From an uncultured Clostridia bacterium (GTDB lineage: Bacteria > Bacillota > Clostridia > Christensenellales > UBA1242): a DNA stretch of 51,291 nt. The DNA is taken from the NCBI GenBank assembly GCA_937907645.1, contig CALCWV010000065.1:1-51291 (forward strand), read 5' to 3'. The number at the start of each line of letters is the position of its first letter. Position 1 is the stretch's first letter. This document shows, piece after piece, positions 1 to 9,043 of the stretch. The translations under genes and the position numbers were made by a program. The notes under the pieces are model-generated. The model ran no database searches and was not told the DNA's origin. It saw nothing but the letters and a program-made list of their open reading frames with translations.

Positions 1-95
1 AAAAACTTGCCACTGGCAACTTTTCTTAACGCGTCGCCCCCTCCGTCTCCACCAAGCAAAGATAAAAAGGACGTTAAAGTCCTTTTTTCTTTGCA

Positions 96-288
96 ATGAA
101 ATTGAACTTTACGGTTCAGTGATATTGCTACGCAATGCAATTCAACAAGTTGAATGAAATTTTTGCTGTCGCAAAAGTTAAGGCTTAATTTCATATCATT
201 ATGAGCGAAGCGAATAATATCATTGCGAATGAAACGAGTGATATCATTGACCAAGCGTCAATATCATTGGCGGAACGCCAATATCATT
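96..288. repeat. Tandem array of nine short, sequence-distinct hairpins punctuated by an AT-rich 8-mer
   Basis: ATATCATT starts at 193, 217, 241, 261 and 281 (spacing 24, 24, 20, 20). Degenerate forms ATGAAATT, GTGATATT, ATGCAATT and ATGAAATT start at 96, 119, 135 and 154. Hairpins include TGAAC/GTTCA (103-118), ATTGC/GCAAT (124-136), ATTCAAC/GTTGAAT (140-155), TTTTGC/GCAAAA (161-176), ATTAT..GCGAAGC..ATAAT (198-218), 219-242, ATTGAC/GTCAAT (246-262) and ATTGGCG/CGCCAAT (266-282). Confidence 0.6.
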
Positions 289-303
289 AAATGCAAAACA
301 AAT

Positions 304-322
304 AAGCCGAAAGGCTTTTTTT
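304..322 (+). terminator. Intrinsic terminator directly after the hairpin array
   Basis: AAGCC-GAAA-GGCTT stem-loop followed by a T-run. Confidence 0.6.
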
Positions 323-456
323 GTTTTGGCGGAGCCTTCCACACAGACATGCCTACTTGGCTAAAACGTGTTTCAAAAATGGAAAAATTTTTTGTTGGTT
401 AATCAAATTTCCCGCAATATGCTGGGTTTTTGAGTAAAAAAAAGTGGGGAGGAAAG

Positions 457-488
457 AAAAAACACATCAGAAAAGTGATGTGTTTTTT
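457..488. terminator. Bidirectional intrinsic terminator downstream of the 154-aa gene
   Basis: Perfect 8-bp stem ACACATCA/TGATGTGT (462-469/476-483) flanked by an A-run and a T-run. Confidence 0.75.
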
Positions 489-509
489 GCTAGTTAAAGT
501 GTCAACTTA

Positions 510-974
510 TTATAAGTTTCTACATGTTGAACTGTTTCTATTAGTTAAAAATTCATTAATTAGATAAACTTTTGCAAGCTGTTTTGCGGTCATTGGATCT
601 TTCTCTAATTTAATAGCTTTGTCTTTCGCTTTTTCTAGTCCATACATTGCTGCAAGATATCCCATGTTGTATCCTAGGTCATTAACTTGCTTTGCCGCTT
701 TACGATTGTCAAGTGCAACTAAAACTGAATTTTCTAGTTCATACATTGCGCAAAGCATTCCAAGGTTATTATGTGTATTAGTTACAATTTCTCCAAGTTC
801 TGGAGATTCTTTTAATGAACTAGCAATTCTGCTGTCTAAATCTTTAATCTTTGCTTTATATATTGCGAACTCATTATCGCTAAGCTTGTCTGGATCATCA
901 AATTGATCGAGTTCAGTAATTTCTTGTAGATATTTATTAAATTGGTTGATAAGATTGTTTGAAAAGGTCTTCAT
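510..974 (-). CDS. Hypothetical protein with an internal duplicated NxLG..AMY.LE motif
   Basis: 154-aa ORF with a GGAGGAA RBS 7 nt upstream of the ATG and a terminator downstream. I recognise no family. Confidence 0.6.
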   Translation of the reverse strand: MKTFSNNLINQFNKYLQEITELDQFDDPDKLSDNEFAIYKAKIKDLDSRIASSLKESPELGEIVTNTHNNLGMLCAMYELENSVLVALDNRKAAKQVNDLGYNMGYLAAMYGLEKAKDKAIKLEKDPMTAKQLAKVYLINEFLTNRNSSTCRNL

Positions 975-1205
975 CTTTTGTTTCCTCCGCTTTTATAGTA
1001 ACACATACTTGAAAAAAAGTCAATATTGTTTTTGATTAAATGAGTGGAAGAGACTATTAAATTACTAAAAAAACAAGCATATAACCAGTTTTAAGTAAAA
1101 GTTTTAGCTTTTTTTCTCTTCATTAGTGAATTAGTCTTGACAAAACATTTATAAATGTTTATAATAAAAAAGTAAATAAACGAGTCGTTAAAAAGGAAGT
1201 GTACT

Positions 1206-2465
1206 ATGAGCACAATAATTCTTAATGTAATTATCATTTTGGGAATAATAATCGCTGGCGGATTTTTGATCTTCTTCGTTGGTGATCTTTTGATGTCAAT
1301 CATTGATCCAAATGGAGATGAGAGAAAGATTAAAGCTAAGAGAAAGAAGGATGTTGCAAAGTTCAAAGAAGATCTTAAAACTCTTTCACCTGAAGCTGCA
1401 GAGGAGGTTAAAAGAGAGCCGAAAGTTGCTCAAATTTTAGCTCTTGCAGAAGAGGATGAAAAGGCAGAAAAAGAGCAGAATGAAGAAAGTAAACCATCTC
1501 CTCAAAAACCTGTTTTTAAAGATGAAAAAACAGGGGCTATGTTTGAAGCTTATGAATTTGATGCTCCAGAGCAACCTGCAAAAGAGGAAAAGAAAGAGGA
1601 AGTTGTTTCACCTGTAGAAGAGGACGAAACAGATGAAGAAATCGAAACAGAAGATGAAAAGAGATTAAGAGAAGCTAGAGAAGCACTCGAAAGAAGAAAG
1701 GCTGAAATTCTTAGAAGACTTCAACTTTCACAAGAAGAGGACGAAGACGAAGAAGAGTCCGAAGAAGAAAAAGAAGAAGAGACCGAAGCTCCAGCAGTAG
1801 GGGAAACTAAGGAAGAGGGACCAGTTGTAGAAGAGCAAGCAGAAGAGACTGAGCCTAAAAATGAAGAGTCTGAAGACGTAATCGAGGAAGAAGTTGCTGA
1901 AGAGGAAACTCCTGTCGAGAAAGATCAACTTGTCGATATGAGAAAAGCTCTTGAAGAGGAAAAGCAAAGATATGCAACACTTATCAAAGAATTGCAAGCA
2001 AAGAGCAAACAACAAGAAGAGGATGCAAAAGTTGCTCCAGTAGGATCAAAAGCTGATTATGTTAAACGTTTGGAAGAGAAGGAAAAAGCTCTTCATGAAA
2101 ATGAAAAAGAATTAAGAGCTTGCAACAAAGAATATAAGCCACTTGTTAAAGTCAAGAATAACCTTGAAAGAGAAGAAAACAAACTTAGAATCAAAGAAAC
2201 TCAAGTTGCTAAACAAAAAGTCGCTCTCTACAAAGTTGACAATTATGCCGATATCGATTCAGAAAAGGCAAAGAAACTTTCAGAGGAGTTAGATCTTCTT
2301 GAGGGATTAAAATTATCAGTTCAACACTGCAGAGAAGTTATGGCTAGCAACAAAGATAGAATGCCTGTTCTTGAAAAAATGTCAGCTATTTTGACGAAGC
2401 AGAATGCAGAATTGAAAGCAGATATCGAAAACTTGAAACAAACAATTGATAAGTTTGAAGATTAA
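1206..2465 (+). CDS. N-terminally membrane-anchored, Glu/Lys-rich coiled-coil protein of unknown function
   Basis: 419-aa ORF with an AAGGAAG RBS. It has a hydrophobic N-terminal helix followed by a long E/K-rich low-complexity and coiled-coil region. Confidence 0.7.
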   Translation: MSTIILNVIIILGIIIAGGFLIFFVGDLLMSIIDPNGDERKIKAKRKKDVAKFKEDLKTLSPEAAEEVKREPKVAQILALAEEDEKAEKEQNEESKPSPQKPVFKDEKTGAMFEAYEFDAPEQPAKEEKKEEVVSPVEEDETDEEIETEDEKRLREAREALERRKAEILRRLQLSQEEDEDEEESEEEKEEETEAPAVGETKEEGPVVEEQAEETEPKNEESEDVIEEEVAEEETPVEKDQLVDMRKALEEEKQRYATLIKELQAKSKQQEEDAKVAPVGSKADYVKRLEEKEKALHENEKELRACNKEYKPLVKVKNNLEREENKLRIKETQVAKQKVALYKVDNYADIDSEKAKKLSEELDLLEGLKLSVQHCREVMASNKDRMPVLEKMSAILTKQNAELKADIENLKQTIDKFED

Positions 2466-2476
2466 TAACTAAAAAA

Positions 2477-2502
2477 GCATATAGTTGTGTATATGCTTTT
2501 TT
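2477..2502 (+). terminator. Intrinsic terminator
   Basis: GCATATA/TATATGC stem followed by a T-run. Confidence 0.7.
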
Positions 2503-2564
2503 CAAGCTCAAATTTATTTTTATTTTTAGAGCATATGTGATAAAATAAATTATATGGAGGCAAT

Positions 2565-3467
2565 ATGTTTGACATTTTGATTATCGGAGGCGGGCCAGCT
2601 GGAATAACAGCAGCAATCTACGCAAAGAGAGCAAATAAAAATGTAGCAGTTATAGAAAAACTCGTTCCAGGCGGGCAAGTCGCACTTATTGGGGAGATTG
2701 AAAATTATCCGGGATTTGGAAAAATCAGTGGAGCCGCTTTGTCAATGGATTTTTACAAGCATGCAGGCTATCTTGGCGTTGAATTTATATATGACGAAGC
2801 TATGAAATTCAGCCTTCGCGGAAAAGTTAAGAAAGTTGAGTGTAAGAACAATACTTATGAGACTCGCGCTGTGATTTTTGCTCTTGGGTCAACTTCAAAA
2901 GAACTCAATGTTGAAGGTGAAAAAAGATTATTCGGCAAGGGCGTGAGCTATTGTGCAATGTGCGACGGAAACTTCTATAAAGGACAGGATGTTGCAGTTG
3001 TAGGATCTGGCGACTCAGCCGTTTCGAACGCAATGTATCTTTCTTCCTTGTGTAAGAATGTTCATCTATTTATGAAAGAAAGAACGAAATTAAATGTATA
3101 TAAAGAGGAAAACTTAAAAAATATAAAAAATCTCATAATCCACAAGGGGGTTAGAATAACAAAGATTGACGGAAAAGATAGAGTGAGAGGCTTGGAATAC
3201 ATTGAGGGAGAAAAAACAAAGAAGTGCAAAGTCGAAGGCGTATTTGTTGCGGTGGGGAGAGTTCCTGACACTGCTATGCTTAAGGGAAAAATAAAGCTTG
3301 ACGAGAAGGGATATATCCTTACAACTGACAATGTAAAAACAAGCGCAAACGGAGTCTTCGCGTGCGGCGACATCGTTAGCGGCTCTTTAAAGCAAATAGT
3401 TGTAGCAAGTGGAATGGGCGCGTTAGCCGCCACAGAAGCGATAAAGTATATTGCAGAGAATAACTAA
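2565..3467 (+). CDS. trxB: Thioredoxin-disulfide reductase
   Basis: GGGPAG FAD-binding motif at the N-terminus, redox-active CAMC motif, and a second GSGDSA dinucleotide motif. GGAGG RBS. Confidence 0.9.
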   Translation: MFDILIIGGGPAGITAAIYAKRANKNVAVIEKLVPGGQVALIGEIENYPGFGKISGAALSMDFYKHAGYLGVEFIYDEAMKFSLRGKVKKVECKNNTYETRAVIFALGSTSKELNVEGEKRLFGKGVSYCAMCDGNFYKGQDVAVVGSGDSAVSNAMYLSSLCKNVHLFMKERTKLNVYKEENLKNIKNLIIHKGVRITKIDGKDRVRGLEYIEGEKTKKCKVEGVFVAVGRVPDTAMLKGKIKLDEKGYILTTDNVKTSANGVFACGDIVSGSLKQIVVASGMGALAATEAIKYIAENN

Positions 3468-3480
3468 TCATAAAACAACA

Positions 3481-3506
3481 AAAAACGGGCAATACGCTCG
3501 TTTTTT
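3481..3506. terminator. Bidirectional terminator between the convergent trxB and ung genes
   Basis: CGGGC/GCTCG stem flanked by an A-run and a T-run. Confidence 0.65.
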
Positions 3507-3522
3507 ATATATTTTTTTAGGT

Positions 3523-4179
3523 TTAATGCCAATCTATTTCAGTTTGATTGTTTTGTTTTAAAAAATCATTGCACTTCGAAAAATGTTTGCATCCGAAAAA
3601 GCCTCTATATGCAGAAAGGGGACTTGGATGCGGTGCTTTTAGTACTAAGTGCTGAGGTGCAATTCTATCTGCGAAAGCTTGTGCATTTGACCCCCAAAGA
3701 AGAAATACAAGAGGTTTTTCTCTTTTTGAAAGCAGGTCAATTATTCTGCCGGTTATTTCTTCCCAGCCATGTCCTCTGTGTGAGTTAGCTTGCCCGCGTC
3801 TTACAGTCAATGTTGTATTTAATAGGAGAACTCCTTGTTTTGCCCAGCGAGTTAGATCCCCACTTTTTTCACATTTAATTCCAAGGTCACTTTCAATCTC
3901 CTTATAGATGTTTACAAGAGAAGGAGGGATTGCCGTGTTCCCTTGAACGGAGAAGGCAAGTCCGTGGGCTTGCCCTGGTTCATGATATGGGTCTTGTCCA
4001 ATGATCACGACCTTAACTTCGTCAAAAGGGACAGCATTAAGAGCGGAGAAAATGTTTTCCTCGCTAGGATAGATGGTATAGCGGGAGTTTTCATCTGCTA
4101 AAAATTCTTGTAGTTTTTTGAATGAGTCACTTTCAAAATCTTTTTTGAGAAGCTCATACCAGCTCTTTCTTATCTTCAT
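3523..4179 (-). CDS. ung: Uracil-DNA glycosylase
   Basis: GQDPYH catalytic motif and HPSPLS motif. The ORF track starts at GTG 4188, but ATG 4179 has an AAGGTG RBS 6 nt upstream. Confidence 0.9.
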   Translation of the reverse strand: MKIRKSWYELLKKDFESDSFKKLQEFLADENSRYTIYPSEENIFSALNAVPFDEVKVVIIGQDPYHEPGQAHGLAFSVQGNTAIPPSLVNIYKEIESDLGIKCEKSGDLTRWAKQGVLLLNTTLTVRRGQANSHRGHGWEEITGRIIDLLSKREKPLVFLLWGSNAQAFADRIAPQHLVLKAPHPSPLSAYRGFFGCKHFSKCNDFLKQNNQTEIDWH

Positions 4180-4258
4180 ATGTAACACCTTTTTTCTGCA
4201 AATATTTTAACATAAATGCTTGTAAAAGTAAACATTTTGTTTTGTGTTTTTTTTATGA

Positions 4259-5593
<1,335 letters not shown>

Positions 5594-5599
5594 AAACGC

Positions 5600-5628
5600 T
5601 TGACAAATTAGAAAATAAAAAGTAAAAT
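5600..5628 (+). promoter_or_regulatory. Sigma-A-type promoter of the tyrS leader
   Basis: TTGACA (5600-5605), 17-nt spacer, TAAAAT (5623-5628). Confidence 0.7.
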
Positions 5629-5634
5629 ATTCAC

Positions 5635-5847
5635 ATAATCAGAATGGCGGAATAAGAATAGTAGGTTATTTTAGGCTACAGAGAGTTGTCGGGAGGTGTG
5701 AGACAAACGAAAAAATAATTGAAATTACACTTGTTTCAAGTTTTGCGTTTGCACACGAAAGTGCTCAATAAGGTGTCGAAAGACATAAATTTAGGTGGTA
5801 CCACGAACACACGCTTCGTCCTAAAAATAGGCAAAGCGTGTTTTTTA
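5635..5847 (+). promoter_or_regulatory. T-box riboswitch leader, tyrosine-specific
   Basis: AGAGAG box near 5684. UAC specifier followed by A in GAAAUUACAC. T-box core AGGTGGTACCACG at 5793-5805. Terminator ACACACGCTT/AAGCGTGT plus T-run at 5807-5847. The leader sits immediately upstream of tyrS. Confidence 0.85.
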
Positions 5848-5860
5848 TAGGAGGAATAAA

Positions 5861-7102
5861 ATGACTGACAAAAATCTATACAAAGTTTTAAAAGAAAGAG
5901 GCCTTTTATATCAATGTACTGATGAGAAAGCTCTTCAAGAAAGATTGGAAAGTGGCGAGCCTTTAGTTTTGTATGAGGGAACAGATCCAACAGCTGACAG
6001 CTTGCATATAGGACACTGCGTTCCATATTGCATTTTGAGAAGATTTCAAAAAGCGGGACACAAGGTTATACTTTTAATGGGTGGAGCTACTGCATCAATC
6101 GGTGATCCTAGTGGAAAGTCAGAAATGAGAAAAATGCTCACAAAAGAGCAAATAGATCAAAACATTGAAAATATAAAGAAGACATTGAAAGTTTTCTTGG
6201 ATTTTGAGGGAGAAAACCCCGCAATTATTGTAAACAACAAAGATTGGTTCGATAAACTCACATATATCGATTTCATGAGGGATTTTGGAGTACATTTCAA
6301 TGTTAATAAAATGCTTTCAAGTGAAATCTATGACAACAGATTGGAAAGTGGCGGACTCACATTCTTCGAAATGGGATATATGCCAATGCAAGCCTACGAC
6401 TTCATTCACCTTAATAGAGAGTATGGCTGTACTCTTGAATATGGCGGAGGAGATCAGTGGGCAAATATCGTCGCTGGAGTTGAACTTCAGAGAAAATTAA
6501 ATTTTGTAAATGGAACAAATATCAGCTTAATCGGTGCAACAAACCCACTTCTTTTAACACCAGAAGGGAAAAAGATGGGAAAGACTGAAAGAGGAGCTAT
6601 TTGGATTGACAAAGATAAGATTTCTGCCTACGACTTCTATCAAGGAGTATATCAAACACCAGACGCGTGCGTTAAGATGATGTTCGCACTGTTTACAGAT
6701 CTTCCAATGGATGAAATTAACAGAATTATTGCTGAAGATATCGTTAAAGCCAAGAAGAGATTGTCATTTGAAATTACTAAATTTGTAAGAGGGGAAGAGG
6801 ACGCAACCTTAGCAGAAAAGATGTCTGAAAACTTATTCACGCATGGCGGAGATGATGCGCCTGAGTTTGTTATCTCAAAAGATGAGTTTGCTGGCGGAAG
6901 AAATATCTGCGACCTTCTTGTTATTACAAAACTTTGCTCTTCAAAGAGTGAAGCAAGACGTATGATTGAAGGCGGAGGAGTGACAGCTGGAGGCAACAAG
7001 GTGACAAACTTCGCACAAGTTATATCAGAAGCAGATCTTGAAAATAGCTCAATCCTTTTGAAAAAAGGGAAGAAGAACTTTATTAAAGTGGTTGTAAAAT
7101 AA
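5861..7102 (+). CDS. tyrS: Tyrosine--tRNA ligase
   Basis: HIGH motif (SLHIGH), KMGKT (KMSKS-class) motif, and a C-terminal S4-like domain. Confidence 0.93.
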   Translation: MTDKNLYKVLKERGLLYQCTDEKALQERLESGEPLVLYEGTDPTADSLHIGHCVPYCILRRFQKAGHKVILLMGGATASIGDPSGKSEMRKMLTKEQIDQNIENIKKTLKVFLDFEGENPAIIVNNKDWFDKLTYIDFMRDFGVHFNVNKMLSSEIYDNRLESGGLTFFEMGYMPMQAYDFIHLNREYGCTLEYGGGDQWANIVAGVELQRKLNFVNGTNISLIGATNPLLLTPEGKKMGKTERGAIWIDKDKISAYDFYQGVYQTPDACVKMMFALFTDLPMDEINRIIAEDIVKAKKRLSFEITKFVRGEEDATLAEKMSENLFTHGGDDAPEFVISKDEFAGGRNICDLLVITKLCSSKSEARRMIEGGGVTAGGNKVTNFAQVISEADLENSSILLKKGKKNFIKVVVK

Positions 7103-7452
7103 TGTTTGCAAAAGAAAACGAGTATATCGAAAAAAAGTCCAAATTCTATGGCTTTCTCATAACTGAAGCTACAGAAGAGAAAATCAAAGAAGGCTTGGAG
7201 CTACTAAGAAAGGAATACAAAAAAGCAACACATATTTGTTATGCTTATAGTATTTCATCGCCTTTCAGTGAAAAAGCTGTAGATGACGGAGAACCTTCTG
7301 GCACTGCAGGAAGACCAATTTTATCTGTCATACAAAAAACTAAAAGCAAGGATGTGTGCGTTTTCATAGTTCGCTACTTCGGAGGGATAAAACTTGGAGC
7401 TGGGGGGTTAGTTAGGGCGTACACAAAAGTCGCTTCCGCTTTACTAAATTGA
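7102..7452 (+). CDS. IMPACT/YigZ-family (UPF0029) protein with the N-terminal domain only
   Basis: GEPSGTAG and RYFGGIKLGAGGLVRAY motifs. It is 116 aa, and the ATG overlaps the tyrS stop codon. The ORF ends 3 nt before the M1 repeat. Confidence 0.75.
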   Translation: MFAKENEYIEKKSKFYGFLITEATEEKIKEGLELLRKEYKKATHICYAYSISSPFSEKAVDDGEPSGTAGRPILSVIQKTKSKDVCVFIVRYFGGIKLGAGGLVRAYTKVASALLN

Positions 7453-7455
7453 CAG

Positions 7456-7647
7456 GCTAGCGCGCCCTTATGGGCTTGCTTAGCATACCCGCATAAAGAA
7501 ATTCTTTTTCAGCCTTTTGTCCTTTTAAGAACCACAATGAGGAACCTCTATTGGGAACCTTAAAATGCCAAAATCCAAGAAAAATATTTTCCTTTCTGCT
7601 GCCATATTACATTGAAAGAAGATAATCTTGAAATTATCTTTTTTTTC
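7456..7647 (+). ncRNA. Candidate structured RNA module M1 (copy B) with its own intrinsic terminator
   Basis: Collinear with 31325-31479 (+) and 31853-32006 (-), with compensatory changes in at least four helices. Terminator AAGATAAT/ATTATCTT plus T-run at 7619-7647. Confidence 0.45.
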
Positions 7648-7769
7648 TAAAATATTTATCAAAGGCCGACCGTCGAGCCTCGCTCTGCTTTCTTTTTTGG
7701 CTAGTACATTCTAAATTATTAATTTAAAATCATTGAGTTTAAATAATCTAGTTAAATGTAATTTTTTAT

Positions 7770-7798
7770 TTTACAAAAAAAGGTTGGAATGATATAAT
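7770..7798 (+). promoter_or_regulatory. Extended -10 promoter of recX, predicting a leaderless mRNA
   Basis: TTTACA, 17-nt spacer ending in TGA, TATAAT (7793-7798). The A of the recX ATG (7805) is exactly 7 nt after the -10 box and there is no SD. Confidence 0.6.
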
Positions 7799-7804
7799 AT
7801 ATTT

Positions 7805-8437
7805 ATGATAATAACAGAAATCAAAAAAATTGGGAAGGGGAATAGATACTCGTTATATATTGACGAGGAGTTCGTTGGTGCGTTTGAAGCGGAAATCCTT
7901 GCAAAGAATAAACTCAAAACAGGACAGGAACTTTCACATGACGAGTTGCAGAGATTAAAGATTGAAAATGGAGATTATGCCTCATTCGATAGAGCTCTGT
8001 CAGTATTAGAAAAGAGCATGAAAACAGAAAAAGGTATTCGTGACTTCCTTATGCAAAAAGGTTATCCGGAGGAGTGCATCGATCGATCTGTTGAGAAACT
8101 CAAAGAGTATGGATACATCAATGACGAATTTTTTGCAGAAAGTTACATTAAGACATACTCATTTAGTAAGGGAAAGAAAAAAATTAAGTATGAGCTTATA
8201 TCTAAGGGCGTGGACAAGCGGATTATAGATGAAAAGCTTGCAGACCTTATTGAAGAAGATGAGGAAATTGAATCCTGCAAGAGGCTAGCTAAAAAGTACT
8301 TAAAAAACAAGGTCATTGATGAGAAAACAAGGAATAAACTTTCAAATCACCTTGTAAGCAAAGGCTTTGGATATGATGTAATTTCAAAGGTTGTAAGGGA
8401 AGTCATAAAGGAGGCTGAAGATGAGAGTTGGGATTGA
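7805..8437 (+). CDS. recX: Recombination regulator RecX
   Basis: 210 aa with a RecX-like three-repeat helical architecture (RALSVLE..., FL..KGY..., L..KGF). Confidence 0.8.
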   Translation: MIITEIKKIGKGNRYSLYIDEEFVGAFEAEILAKNKLKTGQELSHDELQRLKIENGDYASFDRALSVLEKSMKTEKGIRDFLMQKGYPEECIDRSVEKLKEYGYINDEFFAESYIKTYSFSKGKKKIKYELISKGVDKRIIDEKLADLIEEDEEIESCKRLAKKYLKNKVIDEKTRNKLSNHLVSKGFGYDVISKVVREVIKEAEDESWD

Positions 8438-8783
8438 TACGATTGAGCTTGAAAGAGTCTCTATAGAGGACAAGTTTATAAAAAGGATAGCTTGCGAAAG
8501 GGAAGAAAAGTATATTAGAAACTATAAATGTGAAAATGGACTAAGACAAAGAACTGCTGCGCTTTGGTGTGTAAAAGAGGCCGTTATGAAGGCCCTTGGT
8601 CTTGGGAAAGATAGCGGCGTCACAATGAAAGAAATTGAGCTTATGCATGAAGAGTCAGGTCGTCCATACGTGAAACTAAGTGGAGTAGCACAAAAAAAAT
8701 TCGAAGAAATAGGGTGCAGCGAAATTGAAATTTCTCTTTCTCACAGCGAAACAATTGCCACGGCAATATGTATTTGTAAGTAA
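8421..8783 (+). CDS. acpS: Holo-[acyl-carrier-protein] synthase
   Basis: GIDTIELERV N-terminus, W.VKEAV.KALG motif, and SLSHS near the C-terminus. GGAGG RBS. It overlaps the recX 3' end. Confidence 0.88.
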   Translation: MRVGIDTIELERVSIEDKFIKRIACEREEKYIRNYKCENGLRQRTAALWCVKEAVMKALGLGKDSGVTMKEIELMHEESGRPYVKLSGVAQKKFEEIGCSEIEISLSHSETIATAICICK

Positions 8784-8840
8784 AAAAATATAAAAGTTAG
8801 CTAATTTTTCTAAAAAATTAAAAAAATATAGAAAAAATAG

Positions 8841-8869
8841 TTGACTTTTATTTTTTATTATGATAAATT
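8841..8869 (+). promoter_or_regulatory. Putative promoter of helD
   Basis: TTGACT, 17-nt spacer ending in TGA, TAAATT. This implies a ~170-nt leader. Confidence 0.4.
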
Positions 8870-9043
8870 TGTTGAACATAGCCTTGCAAGAAGGTAATTT
8901 AAAATCATTTATGCTTTGACAATTTTAGGCTGAAAGTCATATCCCCCACACGGGAGGAATAGGCTTTTTTTGCATTTTCCGACGATTTGGGGTGACGCTG
9001 CGTAAGCATTGACATACAAAAACTAAGAAAAGGAGGTGTAGTA

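Noticed and set aside
28-54. GTCGCCCCCTCCGTCTCCACCA looked like a tRNA or tmRNA 3' acceptor end (…CCACCA).
   Set aside because: There is no T-arm (GTTCRANYC) or acceptor-stem complement in the available upstream sequence, and the window edge prevents a fuller test.
96-288. The repeat-spacer look of the hairpin array suggested a CRISPR array.
   Set aside because: The repeat unit is only 8 bp, the 'spacers' are 12-16 bp and self-complementary, and there are no cas genes. This is incompatible with any CRISPR architecture.
8876-9043. A possible riboswitch or attenuator in the ~170-nt helD leader, based on AGCCT at 8880 able to pair with AGGCT at 8927 or 8961, the latter followed by a T-run.
   Set aside because: Only 5-bp long-range pairings and a 4-bp local hairpin (TCCC/GGGA) are available. 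There is no convincing terminator stem and no match to a riboswitch core I know.
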